DNA of 64,000 nt from a virus. The translations under genes were made by a program, and so were the position numbers. The DNA lies in IMG/VR virus record IMGVR_UViG_3300019763_000006, positions 1-64,000 of that record. One strand, 5' to 3'. The notes beneath the pieces are model-generated. The model did no database searches, was not told the DNA's origin, and saw nothing but the letters and a program-made list of their open reading frames with translations. Shown here piece after piece: positions 1-9,025 of the stretch (the first letter of the stretch is position 1; each line of letters opens with the position of its first letter).

Positions 1-1416
1 ATCATCTTTTGATGCTGTCTCTTGGTCGCCGTTATAGGTAGCGGAAAGAGTTTTTGCAAACCCCATTCGCTCCTCTGTATTTTTCGCATACCATAATTTT
101 TTAGGTCTTGACCATCTAAAACCATTAGCTTTTAATTTTTTTCTGATTTCTTCTGAAGGCTTGCTGTTAAAACTTAACTCTATACCGTTTTTCTCTTCGT
201 TGTAATTTACTTGGCAAGTTATCGTTTGTTCGCTGTTATATGATGTTTTATTTTTTGCTGTTTGTTTCTTCTCTTGTTTTGGTTCTGTTGGTGCTTTGTA
301 GTCGTCTTTTACTAGTGTGGTGTACTCTTCGACCTCTTTAACCTCTTGAATATCTACCGCAATTATAGCACCTTTAACCAACCATTTGTTAAGGCTGTCA
401 ATATTAGCGGTGAAGTGGTTCGCCGTGTTTGATGTTCCCGTCAATGTCTTTGTAAGCTTTCCATTTAATCTTTCAGACTGTCCCCATTTACTAGCCCCGA
501 TTTTGTAAATATAACCTTTTCTACATCCATAATTAAAATCAACTTTCAACATAAAATATTTAGCATTCATCATATCATTAACTTTTGTAAGTTCTATAAT
601 TTTCATAACTTTTTTAACTCTTGTCTTAATTACTTTTTTATATCCTCTTGTTTTTCCTTCTTCTTCGGTTTTTGATGTCCCATCCCCTATTGTTATGGTT
701 TTAAATTCTTTTGCGTGTTTTTCTACTTCTTTTATAATCTTGTTTAACAATTTAATAGCTTTTTCTTGGTTCTCATTTGGCGTATAAAATTCTTTTATTT
801 TTTCATCTGTGAATATCTTTACACTTTCGCCCGTAGCATAATCCGTTTCCCACTGTTTATATCTTTCGTGGTATGTATAATTTACTGTTAAAGTATCTAA
901 ATCATACCAATCTGGTAAATAGTACAGTGTAAATAAATTAGCCCCTTTTGCTAAAATAATCCCGTCTTTTTCTAGATGCCATAAAGTACGTTTTGTAGGG
1001 TGTTGACTATACGCTGGTATAGTATATAATAGTTTTTTAGATGCTTCTATTTTTTTAGATTCTTTGTTTAATTTATCATTTAAATTTTCTATCATATTTC
1101 TAGCGGCTGCCTTTTCGCCTTCTGTCGCTCCTCTTTCTGCTAATGTTTTTACCTTTTCTATTTTTTCATAAATATCACTGTTAACTGGTGTATATTCTGT
1201 TTTATATACTTCTTTTGCTTCTGTTGTTTTATTACTGTAATTATCAACGACAAGTGTTAAACCGTTTTTACTTGCAATTCCGTCCCAATATGCAGGACTG
1301 TAATAATCTGTCATACTGTCGCTTTTATCCGCTTTATATCCATAACATGTCCATCCCTTAGCTATTAGTGCATGATATAAATTAACTTTTGCTTTTCTTT
1401 TATCTCCGTAATACAT
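1..1416 (-). CDS. Large early 'polyvalent'-type protein, 3' end beyond window edge (>=472 aa; absent from ORF track)
   Basis: ATG at 1416 with RBS AAGGGTGG; open to position 1. Translates MYYGDKRKAKVNLYHAL...SDSMTDYYSPAYWDG...; has a DUF2786-like segment (KIEKVKTLAERGATEGEKAAARNMI) and an NEEKNGIELSF-KP-EEIRKKLKANGFRWSR-KLWYAK module typical of phage/plasmid polyvalent proteins. Confidence 0.75.
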   Translation of the reverse strand, partial: MYYGDKRKAKVNLYHALIAKGWTCYGYKADKSDSMTDYYSPAYWDGIASKNGLTLVVDNYSNKTTEAKEVYKTEYTPVNSDIYEKIEKVKTLAERGATEGEKAAARNMIENLNDKLNKESKKIEASKKLLYTIPAYSQHPTKRTLWHLEKDGIILAKGANLFTLYYLPDWYDLDTLTVNYTYHERYKQWETDYATGESVKIFTDEKIKEFYTPNENQEKAIKLLNKIIKEVEKHAKEFKTITIGDGTSKTEEEGKTRGYKKVIKTRVKKVMKIIELTKVNDMMNAKYFMLKVDFNYGCRKGYIYKIGASKWGQSERLNGKLTKTLTGTSNTANHFTANIDSLNKWLVKGAIIAVDIQEVKEVEEYTTLVKDDYKAPTEPKQEKKQTAKNKTSYNSEQTITCQVNYNEEKNGIELSFNSKPSEEIRKKLKANGFRWSRPKKLWYAKNTEERMGFAKTLSATYNGDQETASKDD

Positions 1417-1474
1417 AATATTCCACCCTTCTTAACTTTTGTATTTTAATTATTAGTTTTATATAGAAACTTAA

Positions 1475-1531
1475 ATATTCTTAACTTCTGCTCTAGTATA
1501 CCATATTAGATATACTAGAGTCAAGAAGTTT
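1475..1531 (-). other. Long intergenic stem-loop (processing site or terminator)
   Basis: AACTTCT-GCTCTAGTATA...TATACTAGAG-TCA-AGAAGTT inverted repeat between two co-oriented genes. Confidence 0.5.
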
Positions 1532-1533
1532 TT

Positions 1534-1752
1534 TTAATAATGCAAACCTTGGCATTCCAACCATCTTGGACACCTTGAACCTTCGCAAAATCCTGTATTA
1601 TCACAAAATAGATTTTCATAAAAACTATCGTCTTGATGCTCTTCATAGATAATATTTTCATCATCTAATTTTTTAATTTTATTTGTTAAATTTGGTTCAA
1701 AATCTCTTGCTAATTCTTTTAATTCATTTTTCATTTTATCATCTTCTTTCAT
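1534..1752 (-). CDS. Small protein with C-terminal Cys cluster
   Basis: 72 aa, C-x5-C-x4-C-x5-C; upstream TTGTAA-17-TAATAT. Confidence 0.6.
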   Translation of the reverse strand: MKEDDKMKNELKELARDFEPNLTNKIKKLDDENIIYEEHQDDSFYENLFCDNTGFCEGSRCPRWLECQGLHY

Positions 1753-1912
1753 TTTTTAGTACTTGCCCTTGACTTACTTATATATTATCACACTTTATTA
1801 TATATTACAAGTAATATTTTAATAAAATTATAAAAACTTTTAACCATTATTTACCATTTAAAAAAATGCACCTTGGATGTTTTTGACCGATTATCCCTCA
1901 ACTCCTATCTAT

Positions 1913-1941
1913 ATTATATATGAAAATTTTTATCCTGTCAA
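1913..1941 (-). promoter_or_regulatory. Consensus sigma-A promoter
   Basis: TTGACA-17 bp-TATAAT on minus strand. Confidence 0.8.
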
Positions 1942-1980
1942 TAGTTTTTAATATTTTTTTTAAATAAGTTATCAAGCAAC

Positions 1981-2007
1981 AAAAAAAAGAAGGGATTAGC
2001 CTTCTTT
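1981..2007 (-). terminator. Rho-independent terminator
   Basis: AAGAAGG stem plus T8 just after the 236-aa ORF stop; near-identical copy at 2861-2890. Confidence 0.7.
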
Positions 2008-2012
2008 AATTT

Positions 2013-2723
2013 TTAAAATGGTATTTTCTCATTATTTAATTTGTTATTATTTTCAATTTTAATATTTTTAATTTGATATATCTGTTTTAATAGAAACTCA
2101 TCGCAGCGGATAGGGAGTAATAATCCACGTCCATTTTCATTATCTATTACGAGTGAGTTTATATTATTTTTAACATATATTATAGATTTTTCAAAATCTA
2201 ATATGTCACTTATAATTTTTAAATATTCTATATTAAATATCATATATTCTTTTTTATCGCTATTTGATATATTAATAAAAAAATATCCTTTATTTTTTAT
2301 TGTTTTTTCTTTTTCTTTACTTGCCTTATAAATTTTATAATTGTAATTTATTTCTTTTTTCAAGTTTTTTATTTTATCTATTGTTTTATGTGTTGTTTTA
2401 TAATCTCCAAAAAAATCATATTTAGGTGATTTTTCAAGGTGTTCTGCTTTATCACAAATAATATTAATATCATTTAATTCGATTAGCATATAGGTATTTG
2501 TTGCACAAAGTTTATTATTAAATATATACGCTCCATCAATTCCTATTCGTGTTTTATTTTTTTTGCATTTCTTACAAAACTTTTGAAATGCTTCAATTCT
2601 TTGTTTGTCTGTTTTCTTAACCTTCAATTGTTTGTATATTTCTAGTTTAACATATTTTTCGATATTTTTTATATCATTATTTTTTACCATTTCTAAAATT
2701 TGATTTTCATTAATTTTAATCAT
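2013..2723 (-). CDS. Hypothetical early protein, C-terminal part reminiscent of sliding-clamp (DnaN) fold
   Basis: ATNTYML and FNIEYLKIISDILD...GRGLLLPIR resemble beta-clamp motifs; RBS AAGGA; promoter TTGTGT-17-TAATAT at 2786-2814. Confidence 0.55.
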   Translation of the reverse strand: MIKINENQILEMVKNNDIKNIEKYVKLEIYKQLKVKKTDKQRIEAFQKFCKKCKKNKTRIGIDGAYIFNNKLCATNTYMLIELNDINIICDKAEHLEKSPKYDFFGDYKTTHKTIDKIKNLKKEINYNYKIYKASKEKEKTIKNKGYFFINISNSDKKEYMIFNIEYLKIISDILDFEKSIIYVKNNINSLVIDNENGRGLLLPIRCDEFLLKQIYQIKNIKIENNNKLNNEKIPF

Positions 2724-2860
2724 TTTTTATTCCTTCTTTCGTTTTTTATATTAGTGACTTGAAATATTATCTTTTAACTATCTTTATATTATCACATATA
2801 ATGATAAAACACAAGTGTTATTTTAATATTTTTATAAAAATTTATCTAATATCTGGCAAC

Positions 2861-2890
2861 AAAAAAAAGAAGGGCTTAAAACCCTTCTTT
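2861..2890 (-). terminator. Rho-independent terminator
   Basis: AAGAAGGG stem plus T8 after the 102-aa ORF. Confidence 0.7.
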
Positions 2891-2922
2891 TAATTACTCT
2901 ATTTATTTAAAACTCTATTATT

Positions 2923-3231
2923 CTATTGATTTAAATAATCATGTACTAGCATTTCAAAATCTGAGTAATAACTTTCAACTGATGATTTTAAATTATTTTC
3001 TTTTATATCATCTATTAAAAAATCGCTATTGTCAAATGATATTATTTCATCATAGGTATTATTATATACGTTTTCGTTAATCCCTTGTCCTTTATAGCTT
3101 ATAAAATAATTGATTTTATCATTTTTTATATAAGCCCCAAAACAGTCTACTTGCCAATCAAAAGGCGAATATTTTACATTTCTCAATAAATTTCTTACGT
3201 CTTTTTTAGTTACTCTTAAATTATTTTTCAT
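2923..3231 (-). CDS. Hypothetical early protein
   Basis: 102 aa, RBS AGGAGG. Confidence 0.75.
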   Translation of the reverse strand: MKNNLRVTKKDVRNLLRNVKYSPFDWQVDCFGAYIKNDKINYFISYKGQGINENVYNNTYDEIISFDNSDFLIDDIKENNLKSSVESYYSDFEMLVHDYLNQ

Positions 3232-3293
3232 TTTTGAATCCTCCTGGTTTATGTAATATATGCGACCTGAAACTTTTCCTTAACTTCTACTTT

Positions 3294-3322
3294 ATTATAT
3301 ATCAACCAACTTTAATTGTCAA
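3294..3322 (-). promoter_or_regulatory. Consensus sigma-A promoter
   Basis: TTGACA-17-TATAAT. Confidence 0.8.
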
Positions 3323-3368
3323 CACTTTTTTAAAATATTTTTAATTAGTTAGCGATAAAATAAAGCTT

Positions 3369-3533
3369 TTAAAAACTATAATAGCTGCTTAGATCACTTT
3401 CTAGCTTTGTAATTCTTGAATTAATCTCTTCGACCAATTCTAAGTTATTTTGATTATTAAATTTATTTTGATTGAGTCTTGATAATTCAATTAAAATAAA
3501 ATCAATATCATTTTTATTTTGAAAATCTTTCAT
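3369..3533 (-). CDS. Small hypothetical protein (54 aa, not in track)
   Basis: MKDFQNKNDIDFILIELSRL..., RBS AGGAGGTG. Confidence 0.6.
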   Translation of the reverse strand: MKDFQNKNDIDFILIELSRLNQNKFNNQNNLELVEEINSRITKLESDLSSYYSF

Positions 3534-3536
3534 TTT

Positions 3537-3671
3537 TTACACCTCCTGTTTTATATTAATATTATTTTTAATATTATAACTATCTAAAAAGGTTTTAAAA
3601 TCTTTTAATGTTAATTTTTTATGATAGCACAAACAATAGTCTTTATAAATTTCCAATAATTTTAAATCCAT
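3537..3671 (-). CDS. Small hypothetical protein (44 aa, not in track)
   Basis: MDLKLLEIYKDYCLCYHKK..., RBS AAGGAGG, promoter TTGCAA-17-TATAAT at 3709-3737. Confidence 0.55.
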   Translation of the reverse strand: MDLKLLEIYKDYCLCYHKKLTLKDFKTFLDSYNIKNNINIKQEV

Positions 3672-3902
3672 TTTTACGCCTCCTTTTTTTGTTTTACTTC
3701 TTGAGTCTATTATATATCATAATTTTATAAATTGCAAGGTTTATTTTAAAAACTTTTAAAAATGATTAATTATTTTTAGATCTATTTTTAACGTTTCAAA
3801 TCCTGCTTATTTTAATTTTTTATTTTGCAATGCTATTATATCCAACATTGATAAAAATTAAAAACAAAGACTCTATACAATGTATAAAGTCTATTAATTG
3901 TT

Positions 3903-4481
3903 TTATAAAATTTTTAAATCTAATGATTTTTTACAATGTGGGCAAATGTAATTGGTTCGTAAACTTCTTAAATTCATGTATTTAGTTTTTCTTTTAAAAT
4001 TATAAGTATATTCACATTTTTTACATTCAATTTTATATTTATATTTTTCGTTACTTTTTGTTAAGTTTTTAGTTTGCGTATCTACTTCATAGCAGCGCTG
4101 GATAGTGCCATAATTATTACTAATTGATGAATAATTGATAATATTAGCTGCTGCTTTCCATTTTCCCCTATGTCCTGCGCCAGGGTACATGGCGTGCAGA
4201 AACTCATGCAATAATGTATTCTTAATTTCTTTTTTAATATCTATATTTTTATTTTGCAGGTTATCACTGCAATTACTAATTGAAATTGTTTTGTTTTTAT
4301 AATGACATAATCCAGCTTGCTTTTTTGAACTGGTTATTTTCAAAGTGTAATTTTTAACTACACCCTGTATTAGTTTTTTATTAAAACTAATTTTATTTAA
4401 ATCTGTAATAATTTCTAGCATATAGCTATTTAATATTTCTTGATTTAAATTGATTGTTTTTCTTTCAAAATTTTTATTCAT
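3903..4481 (-). CDS. SprT-like zinc metalloprotease
   Basis: AGLC, LLHEFLHA (HExxH), GHRGKWK, C-terminal CxxC...CPHC zinc ribbon; promoter TTGCAA-17-TATTAT at 4521-4549. Confidence 0.85.
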   Translation of the reverse strand: MNKNFERKTINLNQEILNSYMLEIITDLNKISFNKKLIQGVVKNYTLKITSSKKQAGLCHYKNKTISISNCSDNLQNKNIDIKKEIKNTLLHEFLHAMYPGAGHRGKWKAAANIINYSSISNNYGTIQRCYEVDTQTKNLTKSNEKYKYKIECKKCEYTYNFKRKTKYMNLRSLRTNYICPHCKKSLDLKIL

Positions 4482-4675
4482 TATAACCGCTCCTTTTATA
4501 TGTATTTTCTAACTACCTATATAATATCATATATTAATATAGATTGCAAGTATTATTTCTAAAAAATATTAATAGAGGTATAAAATTTTCTTATATTATA
4601 ATAATACTATATTTGAATAATACGATATATAATATAAATAAAAAGCAGCTGGTAAGAGCTACTTATTATTAATTA

Positions 4676-5380
4676 TTATTTATTCAGTTCTTTTAACTCT
4701 TTTAAAAACTCTTTGTTGATTTTATTGAAATAATCATCAATTTTCAAATAGCTATTATATGTTAGATCTAATTCGTTTATAGATATTTTGTCATATTTAT
4801 TATTATATATATTAGATATAATCTCCTCATCTTCTCCCTCATTTTCGCTTTTTAACCATGAATATTTTTCTATCAATTTTTTAGTTTTATTAATTAATAT
4901 TTGCTTATTATCGTTATTTTTAAAATAATTTTGTTCTTTAATCTTTAGATTATAGATAATTTCATTAAATAAATTTTCTATAATTTTATTTTTTAATTTT
5001 TCATCCATGTTATATGTTATATAAATACTATCACTATATCTACTACATATATCTATCCTGCCATGATAATAATTTTTATCAATTTCCCCTCTATTATCAT
5101 TTTTATTTATCCATGACTTTAGAGAATTTGTGTTATAATCTATATAAGATATATCATATAAATTATTTTTATTATTAATTTTTATTATGTTATTATCGCT
5201 ATCATTCTTAAATTTTTTAAATAAATTAATAATATAGTTATATAAATTATTATCATATTTATTAATAATTTGTATTTTTTGTTCTTGTGGCAAATATTGT
5301 ATATTTTTTGTGTTATGTGTTATAACCATTTCTGACTCATTATGATTAAATATTGCATCAAATAATTTTTTATTATTCAT
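4676..5380 (-). CDS. Hypothetical early protein
   Basis: 234 aa, RBS AGGAGG, promoter TTGACT-17-TATTAT at 5438-5466. Confidence 0.75.
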   Translation of the reverse strand: MNNKKLFDAIFNHNESEMVITHNTKNIQYLPQEQKIQIINKYDNNLYNYIINLFKKFKNDSDNNIIKINNKNNLYDISYIDYNTNSLKSWINKNDNRGEIDKNYYHGRIDICSRYSDSIYITYNMDEKLKNKIIENLFNEIIYNLKIKEQNYFKNNDNKQILINKTKKLIEKYSWLKSENEGEDEEIISNIYNNKYDKISINELDLTYNSYLKIDDYFNKINKEFLKELKELNK

Positions 5381-5638
5381 CTTGTACCTCCTAAAAATTT
5401 TTGCTGGTGACTTGAAATATATTTTTTAATTAACTATATAATATCATAGTATAATTATATAGTCAATAACTTTTTAAAACTTTTTATATTATTTTAATTG
5501 TACTTAAAATAAACATTTTATAGCTGCCGTGTTATGAATTTTACGCTGTTATGCGTGTTGCATAATTTAATCTGTTACGCCGTGTTGCCGAACTTTTTCT
5601 GTTACCGTGTTATCAAACTTTTTCTGTTATGCTACTTT

Positions 5639-5740
5639 TGTAATAATCCCAAAGTTGTAATGACTCCAAAGTTGTAATGATTATAAGGTTGTAATAATTC
5701 CAAAATTACAATGATTTCAAAATTACAATGATTACAAGGT
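5639..5740. repeat. Six tandem degenerate 17-bp repeats
   Basis: TGTAATAATCCCAAAGT / TGTAATGACTCCAAAGT / TGTAATGATTATAAGGT / TGTAATAATTCCAAAAT / TACAATGATTTCAAAAT / TACAATGATTACAAGGT. Confidence 0.85.
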
Positions 5741-6264
5741 TATATCTTTACAGGATAATGCAATATTACAATATTTAATATAAAGCTTTAGAATGTAGTT
5801 ATTTTAATTTTATAATGTTATAATACAATAGCATTAACGCTTGATTTAAAACTAAAATAAGCTATATTTGAGACGTTGTTTTTTGTGTATAATGGTTTGA
5901 TATATGCTATTTTATTATGCATTGCTTATTAAATATATCAGATAATATATTGTTTAATATTAATGCGATATATTAGATAGTATATTAGATAATATTAATG
6001 TGATATATTAGATAATATATAAGTTAATATATCAGCTGCTTATATGTGATAACGCATTATTTTTTGATACATTATAAAACGCATTAAAACACCGTTATTT
6101 TAATTATATTAATCAATAGTATAGTAGTACTATAATAAAATTAAACACGTTAAAAAGCTATTTTAAGCATTTAAAAATAATCATAGTTATACATAAAATT
6201 TTATAAGTATGCATGAATGTTTATACATCAAAATGTATTATTATACATAATAAAAAAGGGTATA

Positions 6265-6486
6265 TTATACCCTTAAATGTAAATAATTTGAAAACAGGTC
6301 ACTTTTAATCAATATTATTGTGTGATTAGTATTTTTTATGTTTACTATCTTAACGCCTGTTACATTATCAATATTTAACAAAAAGTCTATTAATTCATAG
6401 TCTGAACCATAGTCACTTTCAATTGTTAAATTTTGGTAACACTCTTTTAAAATTTTATTAGCTAACGATTTTTTAATATCGTTCAT
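6265..6486 (-). CDS. Hypothetical protein
   Basis: 73 aa, RBS AAGGAAGTG, coupled to the upstream ORF. Confidence 0.65.
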   Translation of the reverse strand: MNDIKKSLANKILKECYQNLTIESDYGSDYELIDFLLNIDNVTGVKIVNIKNTNHTIILIKSDLFSNYLHLRV

Positions 6487-6647
6487 TATTTCACTTCCTT
6501 GATTAATCCCATATTTTGTAAATCGTAAATATAAGACTCAAAGTTTGTGCCGTTCTCTTTTTGATAATCGTTATCATTTGAGTTAAAAATTTCTCTCAGT
6601 TCTGATTTTGATATAATTTCTTGAGTTTCTGTTAATAAAAATTTCAT
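6486..6647 (-). CDS. Small hypothetical protein (53 aa, not in track)
   Basis: MKFLLTETQEIISKSELREIF..., RBS AGAAGGT, TAATG overlap with next gene. Confidence 0.6.
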   Translation of the reverse strand: MKFLLTETQEIISKSELREIFNSNDNDYQKENGTNFESYIYDLQNMGLIKEVK

Positions 6648-6724
6648 TTTATACCTTCTTTCTTTTTTTTATTTATAATCTCTATAATATGCATACTATA
6701 AAAAATAGTATACATATAAACAGA

Positions 6725-7054
6725 TTATAAAACAGTATTTTCCAATTCATTAATGGTAAAAGTTGGAATATCTTGTAAATCTAAATGAGAATTATTATCA
6801 ATAACTTCATTAATTAAATCAATTTTTTGTGGATATACTACTTTTAAATCATTGATAATTTTATCCATTTTTTCAAAATCTGATATAACTTTTTTGTAAA
6901 AATTATAATCTGATAATGTCATTATTGTAATACCATCTTTGTTTATGTCAAAATTTTGATATAGATTGATAAAATCTTGTGTGATGTCTTGCATGTCGCT
7001 AGATAGATAGATTAAGTCTTTAACCTGTTGCGTTGTTTGAATAATTACTTTCAT
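6725..7054 (-). CDS. Hypothetical protein
   Basis: 109 aa, RBS AAGGTGG. Confidence 0.7.
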   Translation of the reverse strand: MKVIIQTTQQVKDLIYLSSDMQDITQDFINLYQNFDINKDGITIMTLSDYNFYKKVISDFEKMDKIINDLKVVYPQKIDLINEVIDNNSHLDLQDIPTFTINELENTVL

Positions 7055-7142
7055 TTTATAACCACCTTTTCATTTTTTTTTGAGATTTTTATAATCTCTA
7101 TAATGCATACTATAAAATAATATGCATCAACAGACTATAAAA

Positions 7143-7373
7143 CTAAAATTCTCTTTTTAAAGGTTCGTAATAGTCTACAATTGTTGCCCCTCGTGATTCC
7201 ATGTAGTCCTCATAATTGACAAATTCGCCATTTGATAAATTATAAGCCAAGTTGTCCTGTCTTTGATAAAAACACTCTTCACATAATTCCATTTCTTTTC
7301 CTTCAATAATTGTAGTTTTCATTTCTTTAACGTTATGATAACTGTTACAGATTGCACATTTAAAATATCTCAT
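7143..7373 (-). CDS. Small zinc-finger protein
   Basis: CAIC...LCEEC; RBS AGGAGG. Confidence 0.7.
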   Translation of the reverse strand: MRYFKCAICNSYHNVKEMKTTIIEGKEMELCEECFYQRQDNLAYNLSNGEFVNYEDYMESRGATIVDYYEPLKREF

Positions 7374-7391
7374 TTTTATAACCTCCTAGAA

Positions 7392-7407
7392 TGTTTCACG
7401 TGAAACA
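7392..7407. promoter_or_regulatory. parS: parS (host ParB/Spo0J binding site)
   Basis: Perfect 16-bp palindrome TGTTTCACGTGAAACA matching the bacterial chromosomal parS consensus. Confidence 0.9.
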
Positions 7408-7811
7408 TTTATTTTATTGTATAGTGTTTTGTAAGCTACAATTAAGCATTATGCTTAACTCGTTTATTGTTGATAATTCTTTGTTGATAATACTTTTTAG
7501 TTTTTTAATAATATTCATTTTGTAAACCCCTTTCAAACCCTTTCTTTCATTATCTATATTATACTACCAACGCAATTATAATACAAACTTTAAAAATATT
7601 AATATATTTAATTATATTATTTATTATATTTACATTATATATAATGATATTTATATTATCTTATTAAAATATTAATATAATTAATTTATTTATTAAAATA
7701 ATTTAAAAATCATAAAATTATTACATTTATGCTACAATTGAATACTTTTTATAATTCTTTTTTAATCAAATATTACATTTTGTAATTCTTTTGTAACTAT
7801 TGATAGATTTA

Positions 7812-8854
7812 TAAAAGATTGATATTTTTTGTTAATTAATAGCTATAAATGCGATGAAATACACATTTTGATTTAAAATTGTTTTAGGTGCAATGGTATG
7901 GGTAAAAGCTAAAATCAAAATAACGGCGTTTTGAAGCGTTTGATAATGTTTTGAATTTTCTTGACATAATAAAGTTATTTTAGTATAATTAAAGGTTTAG
8001 TGTTTATCTATGACATGTTATGATTGTAAAATTGTAATTGTAATAAATTTATATATATTATTATTTTGTGTTTGATATAAGATTGTATTTATTTTTATAT
8101 TGTAATTATTATAAAATTATATTTAGTATAATATTATAATTAATGCAACTTTATAATTGAAGTATAATTGTAATAGTTTTATATTGTAATAAGTATAAAG
8201 AAGTTATTTATATAAATATATAATTAATTTAAAATGTTTTTATTATAAAATTGTAATGATTGTAAAAATTAAATCCTGTGCAGGTGTATTGTAATATTTA
8301 AATAATACAATATAAGAAGTAAAAAAAAGAAGTAACTAAAAAGCTACTTCAATATCTAATATTTTTAACATTCGTTTTGTCGTACGTTTGTTCCGTTTGT
8401 AGAATTTTTTATTATCAATTAATTGATTGATATAATAATTATAATTATCGTAACGTGTAATAATATATGATTTTCTATTATCGTACTTGTCATTTACTAC
8501 TATTGTTCTTTTCATTTTACAACTTCCCTTCTCTTAACTTCTGAGTTCTTGAAACGTATTTCTTTACACTCTTATTATATCAAAATGCACTATATAATAC
8601 AATCTTTTTACTATTAAATATCTTTATGTATTTATAAAAATATTTTATGCTATGTTTGGAAATTGTAAAGATTGATATAAATTGTTTATTAATGCTTATA
8701 AATGTGATGAAATACACATTTTGATTTAAAATAAGATTATGTATAATTATATGACTTAAAGCTAAAATTGATTTAAACGCATTCTAAAGCGTTTGACACA
8801 CTATTAATAAAACTTGACAAAATGAAAAAAGTATGATAGATAATTGCTTTAGTG
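7812..8854 (+). repeat. Two diverged ~190-bp direct repeats (7812-8003, 8666-8854), each ending in a plus-strand promoter-like sequence
   Basis: Shared TATAAATGYGATGAAATACACATTTTGATTTAAAA...AAAGCTAAAAT...AGCGTTTGA...CTTGACA; TTGACA-17-TATAAT at 7961-7989. Confidence 0.75.
8336..8515 (-). CDS. Small basic hypothetical protein (59 aa, not in track)
   Basis: MKRTIVVNDKYDNRKSY..., RBS AAGGGAAG, promoter TTGTAT-17-TATAAT at 8574-8602, terminator-like hairpin near 8320-8350. Confidence 0.6.
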   Translation of the reverse strand: MKRTIVVNDKYDNRKSYIITRYDNYNYYINQLIDNKKFYKRNKRTTKRMLKILDIEVAF

Positions 8855-8961
8855 TACTAATACACTAGTACAGTAAGTTTAGGCATGATTGAATTATAGT
8901 ATACTTAGTATACAATAATATACTATGTTATGCATAGTATAAGATTATATATAGTATATTG

Positions 8962-9025
8962 TATATTATATATTGTGTATTATATATTGTGTATTATATA
9001 TTGTATATTGTGTATAGTATATTGT
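8962..9025. repeat. Short 14-bp tandem repeat
   Basis: (TATTATATATTGTG)n-like array. Confidence 0.7.

Noticed and set aside
5639-5740. Possible CRISPR array
   Set aside because: Head-to-tail 17-bp units with no unique spacers; no cas genes in the window.
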